Shown here: one piece after another, positions 28,905 through 37,802 of the stretch | Position numbering within the stretch: position 1 is the first letter of the stretch | How the letters are laid out: the number at the start of each line of letters is the position of its first letter | From: Faecalibacterium sp. UBA1360 | Lineage (GTDB): Bacteria; Bacillota; Clostridia; Oscillospirales; Ruminococcaceae | DNA length: 64,000 nucleotides | NCBI GenBank assembly: GCA_002306375.1 | Contig: DBRU01000032.1 | Coordinates: forward strand, 7,103-71,102 | Direction of reading: 5' to 3' | Notes under the pieces: model-generated | Told to the model about the DNA's origin: nothing | What the model saw: the letters and a program-made list of their open reading frames with translations, nothing else | Databases searched by the model: none | Program-made: the position numbers and the translations under genes

Positions 28905-30804
28905 CCTGATCGGTAAAAAGCTGGACGGCCGCTATCTGATCGAAAGCATGATCGGCGTGGGCGGCATGGCGAACGTATACCGGGGCCGCGACGTGCGCAC
29001 CGGCAACGAAATTGCCGTCAAGGTGCTCAAAGAGGAATTCCTGGGCAACGAGGAGCTGGTCCGCCGCTTCAAGAACGAAAGCAAGGCCATCTCGATTTTG
29101 GATCATCCCAACATCGTCAAGGTGTATGACGTGTCGGTCACCGACCAGCTGCAATACATCGTGATGGAGTATATCGACGGCATCACCCTCAAAGAATATC
29201 TCAAGCAGCGCGGCGGGGCCCTGACCTGGAAAGAGGTCGTGCACTTTGCCACGCAGGTGCTGTCGGCGTTGGACCACGCCCATACCAAGGGCATCGTCCA
29301 CCGGGACGTCAAGCCCCAGAACATCATGCTGCAAGCCGACGGTTCCATCAAGATGATGGATTTCGGCATCGCCCGCTTCTCTCGCGCGCAAAGCCAGACC
29401 GTCAGCGACAAGGCCATCGGTTCGGTGCATTATATCAGCCCCGAACAGGCCAAGGGCGATCGCACCGACGCGCGCACCGACATCTATTCGGTGGGCGTCA
29501 TGCTGTACGAGATGCTCAGCGGCCGTCTGCCCTTTGACGGCACTGGCACCGTGTCCATCGCCATCATGCAGATATCCGAAAAGCCCAAACCCCTGGCCCA
29601 GATCGCGCCCACCGTGCCCGAAGGCCTGCGCCAGATCACCGAAAAGGCCATGGAGAAGGACCCGGCCGCCCGTTACCAGAGCGCGGCCGAGATGCTTGCC
29701 GCCATCAAGGCGTTCAAGCAGAACCCCAGCATCCGGTTCGAGTACGAGTACAACACCCAGGACGCCCCCGGCAAGACCATCAACAAGGTCGTGTCAGGCA
29801 GCACCAAGTCCGGCATCAGCACCCAGCAGGCGCGCCGTGTCGGTGCGCCCGCTTCGGGCGGAAAGGCCAAGAACGTGAAAAATACCAGATCCCGCGCCGC
29901 CGCCAAAGACAAACCTTTCTCGGTCCTGCCCATTTTCTTCGGCATGGCTGTGGCGTTCATGATCGGCGCGGCCATCCTGATCTACCTGATCTTCACCAAC
30001 TCCACCAACCCCTTGTTCTCCAACCGCGCCAACGTCCAGCTCATCGACTTTGTCGGCATGACTGAGGACGAGTTCCGTGCCACGGAGTATTTCAGCCTGC
30101 TGGACCCCGATATCATCGAGGAATACAACTCCAACTATGCGGCGGGGGTCATCTTTCAGCAGTCGCCGGCCGCCGGCCGTACCGTCAAGGAACAGCAGAA
30201 GATCACCCTCAAGGTCAGCCTTGGCACCGAGTATGTGACCCTGGTGGATGTGGCCGGCGAGGACAAGGCCACCGCCAAGCAGACGCTCACCGATCTGGGC
30301 GTGTCGGTGGTCACCAAGCGTGAGACCAACGACAGCGTGGCCGAAGGCACCGTCATCCGCACCGATCCCGCCGCCGGCACTCAGGTCGAAGGCGGGTCGA
30401 CGGTCATTTTATACGTGGCCCGTCCTACGGTCAACACCTCGGTCATCGTGCCGTCGGTGGAGGGCATGGACGACGGCAAGGCCCGCAGCGAACTGCGCGG
30501 TATGAACCTGGTCACCAGGGTGATCGAACAGGCCAGCGACCAGCCCGAGGGCACGGTGCTGAGCCAGAGCCCCGCCGCCGGCACCGAGGTCACCATCAAC
30601 AGCGTGGTGGTGCTGTATGTGTCCAGCGGCATCCCCGAAGTGGTCGAGGATTCCACCACCACCGGCGAACTGAACGGCGATCCCAACACCATTGTAAAGG
30701 AATGGGACGAAGACCTGGGCGACGGCAACTGGGACCACCGCTGGCAGACCGGCGACGGCAGCGTGTACAGTTCCAGCAGCGGTTTCCTGTATAAAGAAGG
30801 TTAA
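28897..30804 (+). CDS. pknB: PASTA Ser/Thr kinase (PknB/PrkC)
   Basis: GVGGMA, HRDVKPQN, DFG, TM segment, three PASTA-like repeats. Confidence 0.94.
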   Translation: MDNLIGKKLDGRYLIESMIGVGGMANVYRGRDVRTGNEIAVKVLKEEFLGNEELVRRFKNESKAISILDHPNIVKVYDVSVTDQLQYIVMEYIDGITLKEYLKQRGGALTWKEVVHFATQVLSALDHAHTKGIVHRDVKPQNIMLQADGSIKMMDFGIARFSRAQSQTVSDKAIGSVHYISPEQAKGDRTDARTDIYSVGVMLYEMLSGRLPFDGTGTVSIAIMQISEKPKPLAQIAPTVPEGLRQITEKAMEKDPAARYQSAAEMLAAIKAFKQNPSIRFEYEYNTQDAPGKTINKVVSGSTKSGISTQQARRVGAPASGGKAKNVKNTRSRAAAKDKPFSVLPIFFGMAVAFMIGAAILIYLIFTNSTNPLFSNRANVQLIDFVGMTEDEFRATEYFSLLDPDIIEEYNSNYAAGVIFQQSPAAGRTVKEQQKITLKVSLGTEYVTLVDVAGEDKATAKQTLTDLGVSVVTKRETNDSVAEGTVIRTDPAAGTQVEGGSTVILYVARPTVNTSVIVPSVEGMDDGKARSELRGMNLVTRVIEQASDQPEGTVLSQSPAAGTEVTINSVVVLYVSSGIPEVVEDSTTTGELNGDPNTIVKEWDEDLGDGNWDHRWQTGDGSVYSSSSGFLYKEG

Positions 30805-31665
30805 ATGGACTATATCACAAAAGGCATCGGCGGGTTTTACTACGTGCGCACCGGCAACGGCATTGTGGAATGCCGCGCCCGGGGCATCTTCCGCAAACGG
30901 GGCGTCACGCCGGTGGCGGGGGACAACGTGACCCTCAGTGCCGATCAGACGACCATTGACGAAATTTTGCCCCGCAAGAATGTGTTCATCCGTCCGCCGG
31001 TGGCCAACATGGATGTTTTGTTCATCGTGGCCAGCACCACTCAGCCGGTGCCCAGCACCCGCATTCTGGACGAACTCACGGCTGCGGCCGTCTACCAGGA
31101 CGTGCAGCCGGTGCTGGTGTTCACCAAGGCGGACCTGGCCGCGGCCGACCGCCTGGTGGCCGCCTATGCAAAAAGCACGATCCCTGTGATCTGCCTGCGC
31201 TACGAGACCGGCGAGGGCCTGGACGAACTGCGGGGGTACATCAAGGGGCATCTGTGCGCCTTCTGCGGCAACTCCGGCGTGGGCAAGTCCACGCTGCTCA
31301 ATGCCCTGGACCCCGGCTTGCAGCGGGCCACCGGCGACATCAGCCAGAAGCTGGGCCGCGGCCGGCACACCACCCGCGAGGTGGAGATCTTTGAAAGCTG
31401 CGGCGGCCGCATCGCCGACACCCCCGGCTTTGCCAGCCTGGAAGCCCAAAAGCTCTGCCGCATCCCTAAGGATGATCTTCAGCATGCCTTCCCGGAATTT
31501 GCGCCCTATTTCGGCCAATGCCGGTTCACGGGCTGTTCCCACCGCACCGAGACCGGCTGTGCCGTGCGTGAAGCGCTTCAGCGGGGCGAGATCTCCCAGA
31601 GCCGGTACGACAGCTACCTGGCCATGTACGAGGAGGCCAGCCAACGAAAGGAGTGGGAGCGGTGA
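30805..31665 (+). CDS. rsgA: Ribosome small-subunit-dependent GTPase A
   Basis: TKAD, GNSGVGKS, GRHTT, DTPG, CRFTGCSH...C. Confidence 0.96.
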   Translation: MDYITKGIGGFYYVRTGNGIVECRARGIFRKRGVTPVAGDNVTLSADQTTIDEILPRKNVFIRPPVANMDVLFIVASTTQPVPSTRILDELTAAAVYQDVQPVLVFTKADLAAADRLVAAYAKSTIPVICLRYETGEGLDELRGYIKGHLCAFCGNSGVGKSTLLNALDPGLQRATGDISQKLGRGRHTTREVEIFESCGGRIADTPGFASLEAQKLCRIPKDDLQHAFPEFAPYFGQCRFTGCSHRTETGCAVREALQRGEISQSRYDSYLAMYEEASQRKEWER

Positions 31666-32345
31666 ACCACGCCGACCCGCAAACCGAATACACCGCCAAG
31701 CCCGCCGCGCCCTGCACCCGCGCGGCGGTGCTTTCTGCCGTGCCGGTGGACCCCGCCCTCAGACGGTATCTGGCCCCCGGGGACTTTATCGTCGCCTGCG
31801 ACGCCGGGTACCGCAATGCCCGGCGCCTGGGCGTGTCCATCGACCTGCTGGTGGGGGACTTTGACTCCGCCCCGCCGCCCGACCCGCTGCCGGCGGGGGC
31901 CATTGTGCTGCCCCATGTCAAGGACGACACCGACACCCACTTTGCGGCGCGCTGGCTGCTGGAACACGGCTGCCGGCAGGTGGTGTTTCTCGGGGCCTTG
32001 GGCGGCGCGCGGCTGGAACATACCTTTGCCAACCTGAACACCGCTTTGTTTTTGGCCAAGGCGGGCATCCGGGTCACGCTGGCCAACGAGCGCAGCGAAC
32101 TGCATATCCTGTGCCCGGGTGTCCCCCTGACCCTGGAAAAAGGGGAGTGGACCTACCTGTCCCTGTTCCCGCTGGGCGGCGAACTGGGGGGCGTGTGCGA
32201 ATCGGGGGTGTTTTACCCCTTGGAAAATGCCACCCTCACACCCGACTACCCCCTGGGCGTGAGCAACGAGTTTACGGCCCCTTCGGCCACCTTGTCCTGC
32301 GCGCGGGGGTATGGCCTTGTGGTGCTTTCCCGCAGCGACGGGTAA
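31662..32345 (+). CDS. thiN: Thiamine diphosphokinase
   Basis: CDAG, GDFDS, KDDTD, GGARLEH, GVSNE. Confidence 0.92.
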   Translation: MNHADPQTEYTAKPAAPCTRAAVLSAVPVDPALRRYLAPGDFIVACDAGYRNARRLGVSIDLLVGDFDSAPPPDPLPAGAIVLPHVKDDTDTHFAARWLLEHGCRQVVFLGALGGARLEHTFANLNTALFLAKAGIRVTLANERSELHILCPGVPLTLEKGEWTYLSLFPLGGELGGVCESGVFYPLENATLTPDYPLGVSNEFTAPSATLSCARGYGLVVLSRSDG

Positions 32346-32414
32346 CGCCGGGCAAAACCGATGCATAGTATGGCACGCCCGAACCAACCGAAGTGTATGA
32401 ATCGGAGGTGCGCC

Positions 32415-32483
32415 ATGCAGATCGTCATCGTCAAATGTCCGCCCGCGCTGCGCTGGATCGTGCGCGCGCTGTTCAAGGTGTGA
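32415..32483 (+). CDS. spoVM: Stage V sporulation protein M (22-aa amphipathic peptide)
   Basis: MQIVIVKCPPALRWIVRALFKV with GGAGGTG RBS, conserved K7/P9, position after thiN, CATAGTAT -10 upstream and its own terminator. Confidence 0.85.
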   Translation: MQIVIVKCPPALRWIVRALFKV

Positions 32484-32495
32484 CGTAGCGCCTGT

Positions 32496-32520
32496 GCGGC
32501 CCTTGCGGGCCGCCTTTTTT
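32496..32520 (+). terminator. Intrinsic terminator after spoVM
   Basis: GCGGCCC-ttgc-GGGCCGC followed by cTTTTTT. Confidence 0.8.
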
Positions 32521-32676
32521 GTTTGTCTGTCCCCAAAGACCCCGACGGGTCGGCCTTGGCCGGCTTGCCGGGGCCTTTTTGCGTTGTGCCGATTGTGGGG
32601 CAGGGGATGCCTAATTCGGGTACGGGGCGCATATAGATGCACAAGAAAGCCCAAAGCGACATAAGGGAGGACCTGC

Positions 32677-34215
32677 ATGATGGAATTGAAGGTGTTCAAC
32701 AACACCATCACCGCCTACGGCGGCCGATGGGAAACGCGGCTGGAACTGCCGGTGGAGACCGAGATCTTGATCCCGGACTACCTGCCTGCCGTGTTCAAGA
32801 TCGTCAAATGTCTGATCGAGCCGGTGGTCATGCACAACGACCTGGTGGGCGCGCGCTGGCAGGGGGACGGATACCTGCGCTGCACGGTGTTCTACCAGTC
32901 GGACGAAAGCGGGGCGCGGCTGTGGCGCACCGAACAGAAATTCCAGTTTGAAAAGTCGGTGGAGCTGCCCGCCGGCCGCTACGCCGCGGGCCCTGCCCGG
33001 CTGTGGGGCGAGGTGGAATACTGCAACTGCCGGGCGGTCAGCGAGCACCGCATCGACGTGCGCGGCGCGTATACGCTGTGCGTGTCGGCCATCCAGCTGG
33101 AAGAACGGGATCTTTTGTGTTCGCTGGCAGACTGCGGCGTTGAACAGCGCGACTGTACGCTCAGCGGCGTCGAGATGAGCGCTGTAGCCGAAAAGACCTG
33201 CACGGCCGAATCCGACTTCGCGCTGACGGGGGGAGAGACCATTCTGGATATCGGCGGTGTCTTCACCCCCCAAAGCTGCACTGTGCAGACCGGGCAGGTG
33301 AACTGCCAGGGCACGCTGCACCTGGAAGCCGTCTGGCGGGGCGAAGGGGAAGAAACTTTGTCTGTGCGCAATAAGGAAATCCCCGTTCGCCAGACCCTGG
33401 ACCTGGACGGCGCGGCGGAAGGGGACATGACCGCCTGCTGGGGCGAGGTGCTGGTCGCCACTCTGACAGCCGCCGACGCCCCGGGGGCCGAGGCGCTGCT
33501 GACCGTGACCTGGAAGCTGCACGCCGAGACCTGGCGCGCCGTGGAGCACACGGCAGTGGCGGACGCCTATTCCACCCTCTGCGCCACCGAGACGACCACC
33601 GCCCCCTGCAAACTGCTGCAAACGCGGGCTGAACTGGATCTGAGCCTGCCGATCAGCGTGGAGGACGACCTGCCCGACCCCACGGTCACGGTGCGCGGAT
33701 GCTTTGTCACGCTGGGGTCGCCCCAAATCCAGGACGACGGCAAGGACCGCGTCTGCCTTGGGGGCAAGGGCATCGCCCATATCCTGTGCGCCGATGAGCG
33801 GGGCGAAATGTCATGCTATGACAAGGCCTTTAACTGGCGTCTGCCCGATTCCTGGCCCGGGACAGCGGGGGACTGGCTGGCCCATGTGGGGGTGCATGCG
33901 GCCCGGGTGGCCAGTTCCCGCAGCGGAGACCGGGTGCGCATCGACGCCGAGCTGGCCGTCCACGGACTGCTGTTGTCGGCCGAGCGCTATGACGTGGTCC
34001 AGGCCGTGGAACTGGGAGAGGAATTCCCCGACAAGGCCGACGGACCCGCGCTGTACCTGTACTATGCCCGGGAAGGCGAGCGCCTGTTCGACATCGCCAA
34101 GCGCTACCATGCCCGCGTCAAGGATCTGGCTGCCGCCAACGATATCAGGGACGGCGACGCCGCCCGGCAAACCACCACCCAGGCCGCCTGCCTTTTGATC
34201 CCGGCGGCTTTGTAA
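32677..34215 (+). CDS. sipL: SipL-like spore coat morphogenetic protein (SPOCS/DUF3794 repeats plus C-terminal LysM)
   Basis: ILIPDYLP N-terminus; C-terminal YYAREGERLFDIAKRY...LLIP LysM; directly upstream of spoIVA. Confidence 0.75.
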   Translation: MMELKVFNNTITAYGGRWETRLELPVETEILIPDYLPAVFKIVKCLIEPVVMHNDLVGARWQGDGYLRCTVFYQSDESGARLWRTEQKFQFEKSVELPAGRYAAGPARLWGEVEYCNCRAVSEHRIDVRGAYTLCVSAIQLEERDLLCSLADCGVEQRDCTLSGVEMSAVAEKTCTAESDFALTGGETILDIGGVFTPQSCTVQTGQVNCQGTLHLEAVWRGEGEETLSVRNKEIPVRQTLDLDGAAEGDMTACWGEVLVATLTAADAPGAEALLTVTWKLHAETWRAVEHTAVADAYSTLCATETTTAPCKLLQTRAELDLSLPISVEDDLPDPTVTVRGCFVTLGSPQIQDDGKDRVCLGGKGIAHILCADERGEMSCYDKAFNWRLPDSWPGTAGDWLAHVGVHAARVASSRSGDRVRIDAELAVHGLLLSAERYDVVQAVELGEEFPDKADGPALYLYYAREGERLFDIAKRYHARVKDLAAANDIRDGDAARQTTTQAACLLIPAAL

Positions 34216-34233
34216 GCGAAAGGGGGAGCACCC

Positions 34234-35709
34234 GTGACCCAGGAACAGATCTACCAGAACATGGCCCGGCGCACCGGCGGCGATATTTACATCGGCGTCG
34301 TGGGGCCGGTGCGCAGCGGCAAAAGCAGTTTCATCAAGCGCTTTGCCGAGCTGATGCTGCTGCCCCACATCCGGCCGGACGCCCAGCGCGCCCGCGCCAC
34401 CGACGAACTGCCCCAGTCCGCGGCGGGGCGCACCATCATGACCACCGAACCCAAATTTATTCCCGAACAGGCGGTGGAGATCGAACTGTCCGGCGGGGGC
34501 AGTTTCCGCGCACGGCTCATCGACTGTGTGGGCTACATGGTGGAGGGCGCGCTGGGCCACGAGGAAGGCGGCGCGCCCCGGTTGGTCAAAAGTCCGTGGT
34601 ATGACAAGGCCGTGCCCTTTGATCTGGCCGCCGAGACCGGCACCCGCCGTGTCATACGCGAACACGCCACCATCGGCCTGGCCGTGACCACTGACGGCTC
34701 CATCGCCGATCTGCCGCGGGAAGCCTACGTGGACGCTGAACGCCGCATCATGCAGGAACTGGAGGAAAGCGGCCGGCCCTACCTGATCCTGCTCAACTGC
34801 ACCGACCCGGACAGCGAGGCCAGCCGCGCTTTGGCCGAGCAGCTGGAAGAAACCTACGGTCGGCCCGTGGTGCCCCTCAACTGCCTGGAGGTCACCGCCG
34901 AAAAGCTGGACGAGGTTTTGCAAAAGTTGCTGTATCAGTTCCCCATTCGGGAGATCGCCGTCTATATGCCCCCCTGGGTCACCATGCTGGAACCCGGGCA
35001 CTGGCTGCAAAGCGCGGTGTACGGCGCGCTGCGGGACCTGGCGTCGGTTTCGGTGAAGATGGGGGATATGAGTCGGCAGAAATTGCAGCTGGACTGCGAG
35101 TATGTGAGTTCGGCCGCCCTGGTGGGCATGGACCTGGCCACCGGCACTGTGCGGCTGCGTCTGGGCGTGGCGCAGGAGATCTTCTATAAGATTCTGGGCG
35201 AGCAGACAGGGTTGGACATCGTGGATGAAGCCACCCTGCTGCCCTGTATCGTGGAGCTGGCCCGGGCCAAGCGCGCCTACGAAAAGCTCAAGGGAGCCCT
35301 GGCCCAAGTGGAAGCCACCGGGTACGGCATCGTCATGCCGGGGTTGGAGGAGCTCAAACTGGAAGAACCCGAGATCGTGCGCCAGGGCGGGCAATACGGG
35401 GTACGTCTGTCGGCCAGCGCGCCGTCGCTGCACATCATGCGGGCGGTCATCCACACCGAACTTTCGCCCACCGTGGGCAGCGAGGAACAGGGCGAAGAAC
35501 TGATCCGCAACCTGCTCAAGGATTTTGAGAGCGATCCCGGCAAGCTGTGGGGAACCAACATTTTTGGCAAGAGCCTGAACGAACTGGTCAACGAGGGTCT
35601 GCAGGCCAAACTGCTTCACATGCCCCAGGCGGCCCGGGGACGGCTGCAAACGACCCTGGAACGCATCATCAACGAAGGCTGCGACGGCCTGATCTGTATT
35701 TTGCTCTGA
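34234..35709 (+). CDS. spoIVA: Stage IV sporulation protein A
   Basis: IYIGVVGPVRSGKS, MTTEPKF, DCVGY, TTDGS, C-terminal GLICILL. Confidence 0.97.
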   Translation: MTQEQIYQNMARRTGGDIYIGVVGPVRSGKSSFIKRFAELMLLPHIRPDAQRARATDELPQSAAGRTIMTTEPKFIPEQAVEIELSGGGSFRARLIDCVGYMVEGALGHEEGGAPRLVKSPWYDKAVPFDLAAETGTRRVIREHATIGLAVTTDGSIADLPREAYVDAERRIMQELEESGRPYLILLNCTDPDSEASRALAEQLEETYGRPVVPLNCLEVTAEKLDEVLQKLLYQFPIREIAVYMPPWVTMLEPGHWLQSAVYGALRDLASVSVKMGDMSRQKLQLDCEYVSSAALVGMDLATGTVRLRLGVAQEIFYKILGEQTGLDIVDEATLLPCIVELARAKRAYEKLKGALAQVEATGYGIVMPGLEELKLEEPEIVRQGGQYGVRLSASAPSLHIMRAVIHTELSPTVGSEEQGEELIRNLLKDFESDPGKLWGTNIFGKSLNELVNEGLQAKLLHMPQAARGRLQTTLERIINEGCDGLICILL

Positions 35710-35726
35710 CAAAAAGGGGGACCGCC

Positions 35727-35972
35727 ATGCAGTGGATGCCTTTTTCCGCGGCGGCGCGGCGCGAGCGGGCGGCCCGGCGCTCCCGTGCCGCCGCTGTGGC
35801 CGCTTTGCGCCGCACCTACCGTGACCTGCACGCCAACGAAGCCGCTTTTCAGTATGCGCAGGACCGCTTTGCGGTGGAACAGCTGATCTATGAACACGCG
35901 GCTCTGGAATGCCGCTGCCGGGCACTTTTGCGGGAACTGCGAGGGGGTGAGGACGCTTGCCCACACCCCTGA
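35727..35972 (+). CDS. YaaL/DUF2508-like protein
   Basis: AFQYAQD...EQLIYE...RCRALLRELR; directly upstream of bofA as in yaaL-bofA. Confidence 0.65.
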   Translation: MQWMPFSAAARRERAARRSRAAAVAALRRTYRDLHANEAAFQYAQDRFAVEQLIYEHAALECRCRALLRELRGGEDACPHP

Positions 35973-36208
35973 TCGTACTGGACGCCATCTGCCTGTTGGC
36001 GGTGGCCAGGGCCGCGGCGGCGGGGCGCCGGCCGGCGCGCAGCATTCTCGGCAGCGCCCTGGGCGGTATAGCGGCTTTGGGGGCGGTGGCGCTGCTGGCG
36101 CCCTACACCGGCGTCGTTCTTCCGCTCAATGTCTTCACCGGGTTTGCGGCCGCCGTGCTGGGCATACCCGGCGTGATCCTGCTGTTGCTGCTGCCCTTGC
36201 TTCTGTAA
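35957..36208 (+). CDS. bofA: Pro-sigmaK processing inhibitor BofA family
   Basis: Small hydrophobic protein with LPLNVFT...LGIPG motif. Confidence 0.85.
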   Translation: MPTPLIVLDAICLLAVARAAAAGRRPARSILGSALGGIAALGAVALLAPYTGVVLPLNVFTGFAAAVLGIPGVILLLLLPLLL

Positions 36209-36285
36209 AGGATTTTTGCTTTACACACGGTCCCGAGGCCTTTTTCTTCTTTGCCGGTGGACCGTGACCATTGAACTGTGCCAAC

Positions 36286-36335
36286 AAAAAACACAGCGCC
36301 CGCCCCAAGGTTTGCCCTGGGGCGGGCGCTGTGCT
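36286..36335 (-). terminator. Terminator of rnpB
   Basis: CACAGCGCCCGCCCCA/TGGGGCGGGCGCTGTG stem with a minus-strand T-tract. Confidence 0.8.
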
Positions 36336-36716
36336 GTACGACTGGACCGTAAGCCGGGTTCTGTATCAAACGACGATCTATCTTGACCTTGCGTCGCCGC
36401 AAGGCTCCGGTCCGCGGCACGGGGTCGCGGACATCATGCCATCTCCGGGACGTGCGAGGCTTCCACATCATGTCCCATACGGATGTTGCTTCTGACAGGG
36501 TTTACATAGCCGCAAAGTCGCCAGTGCGCTGGTGAGCTCTTACCTCGCCTTTCCATCCTTACCGCCCCAAAGGGACGGCGGTTTCTTTCTGTTGCACTTT
36601 CCCTGGGGTCACCCCCGGCTGCCGTTAGCAGTTGCCATGCCTCTGTGAAGCCCGGACTTTCCTCAGGACGGTCGCTGTCGCCAACGCCGCCCCGCCGCCG
36701 TATGTTCCACTCGTAC
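36336..36716 (-). ncRNA. rnpB: RNase P RNA (class A-like)
   Basis: Minus strand GAGGAAAGTCCGGGC and ACAGAACCCGGCTTA signatures, complementary ends forming P1, promoter TTGCCA-N17-TATATT just upstream. Confidence 0.96.
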
Positions 36717-36824
36717 CGTTAAAATATACCACAAGCATGAAATTTTGGCAAGCGATTTGCAACCCGCGCCGCTATGTGATATAATGGCAACCGTATAAGT
36801 ATGGGGAAGGGGGCGCTGCGCGTC

Positions 36825-37760
36825 TTGCCAACACTGACCTTTGCGGTGCCCGCATCCGCGCAGGGCGTCCGCCTTGGCGTTTTTCTGCGCCGCATGGGGG
36901 TCAGCGCCTCCTGCATCAAGTCGGTCAAGCACCGGGGCGATGGCTTTTTTGCCGACGGCGCCCGCCTTTGTACCGACCAACCCGTGCAGGCCGGGCAGCG
37001 CATCACCTTTGAACTGCCGCCGGAGCCCTCCACTTCGGTCGAGCCCCAATCGGTGCCTTTTGCCGTGGTGTACGACGGTCCCTTTGCCGCCGTGGCGGAC
37101 AAGCCCGCCGGCGTGGCCGTGCATCCCACCCTCAACCATACCGACGGCACGCTGGCCAATGGCTGGCTGCATTATCTGCAAACCAAAGGCCAAGACGGGG
37201 TGTTTCGCCCCGTGAACCGGCTGGACAAAAATACCAGCGGTCTGGTCCTGCTGGCCCAGAACGCCTACGCTGCGCCCTTGCTGGCTCAAAGCGCGCAAAA
37301 ATGCTATGTCGCACTTGTGCAGGGGGTCTTGCCCCTTGGCCCGGGCTGCGTCGACGCACCCATCGGCCGCCGGGGGGATTCCATCATCGGGCGGTGTGTG
37401 CGCGCCGACGGCAAACCCAGTGTGACCGATTACCGCACGCTTGCCGTAGGGGGCGGGCACAGCCTGGTGGCCTGCTGGCCGCGCACCGGGCGCACGCATC
37501 AGATCCGCGTTCACATGTCCTATATCGGGCACCCGTTGGCGGGGGATACCCTGTACGGAGGCGCGGCGGACCTGCTGGACCGCCACGCGCTGCACTGCGC
37601 GGTGCTTACGTTTTGCGAGCCGCCCGAATCTGCTTTTCACCGCTTTACTTCTCCCTTGCCGCCGGATATGGACCGGGCCTGCCGACTGTGCGGCCTGACC
37701 GGCGTCGGGACGACCGGCGCGCTGATCGACGGCCTTGACGCGCAGGCATCGTGCCCGTAA
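36825..37760 (+). CDS. RluA-family pseudouridine synthase
   Basis: DKPAG, NRLDKNTSG, TGRTHQIRVH, GDTLY; promoter TTGCAA-N17-TATAAT; alternative start 36801. Confidence 0.92.
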   Translation: MPTLTFAVPASAQGVRLGVFLRRMGVSASCIKSVKHRGDGFFADGARLCTDQPVQAGQRITFELPPEPSTSVEPQSVPFAVVYDGPFAAVADKPAGVAVHPTLNHTDGTLANGWLHYLQTKGQDGVFRPVNRLDKNTSGLVLLAQNAYAAPLLAQSAQKCYVALVQGVLPLGPGCVDAPIGRRGDSIIGRCVRADGKPSVTDYRTLAVGGGHSLVACWPRTGRTHQIRVHMSYIGHPLAGDTLYGGAADLLDRHALHCAVLTFCEPPESAFHRFTSPLPPDMDRACRLCGLTGVGTTGALIDGLDAQASCP

Positions 37761-37802
37761 ACCGTTCTTTCGCTTGTTTCCAATCCGAAAGGAGTTTCCG
37801 TT

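Noticed and set aside
32611..32640. sigma-E promoter for sipL (CATATAGAT)
   Set aside because: Plausible from context, but the -10 fit is imperfect and the -35 weak, so it was not called as a feature.
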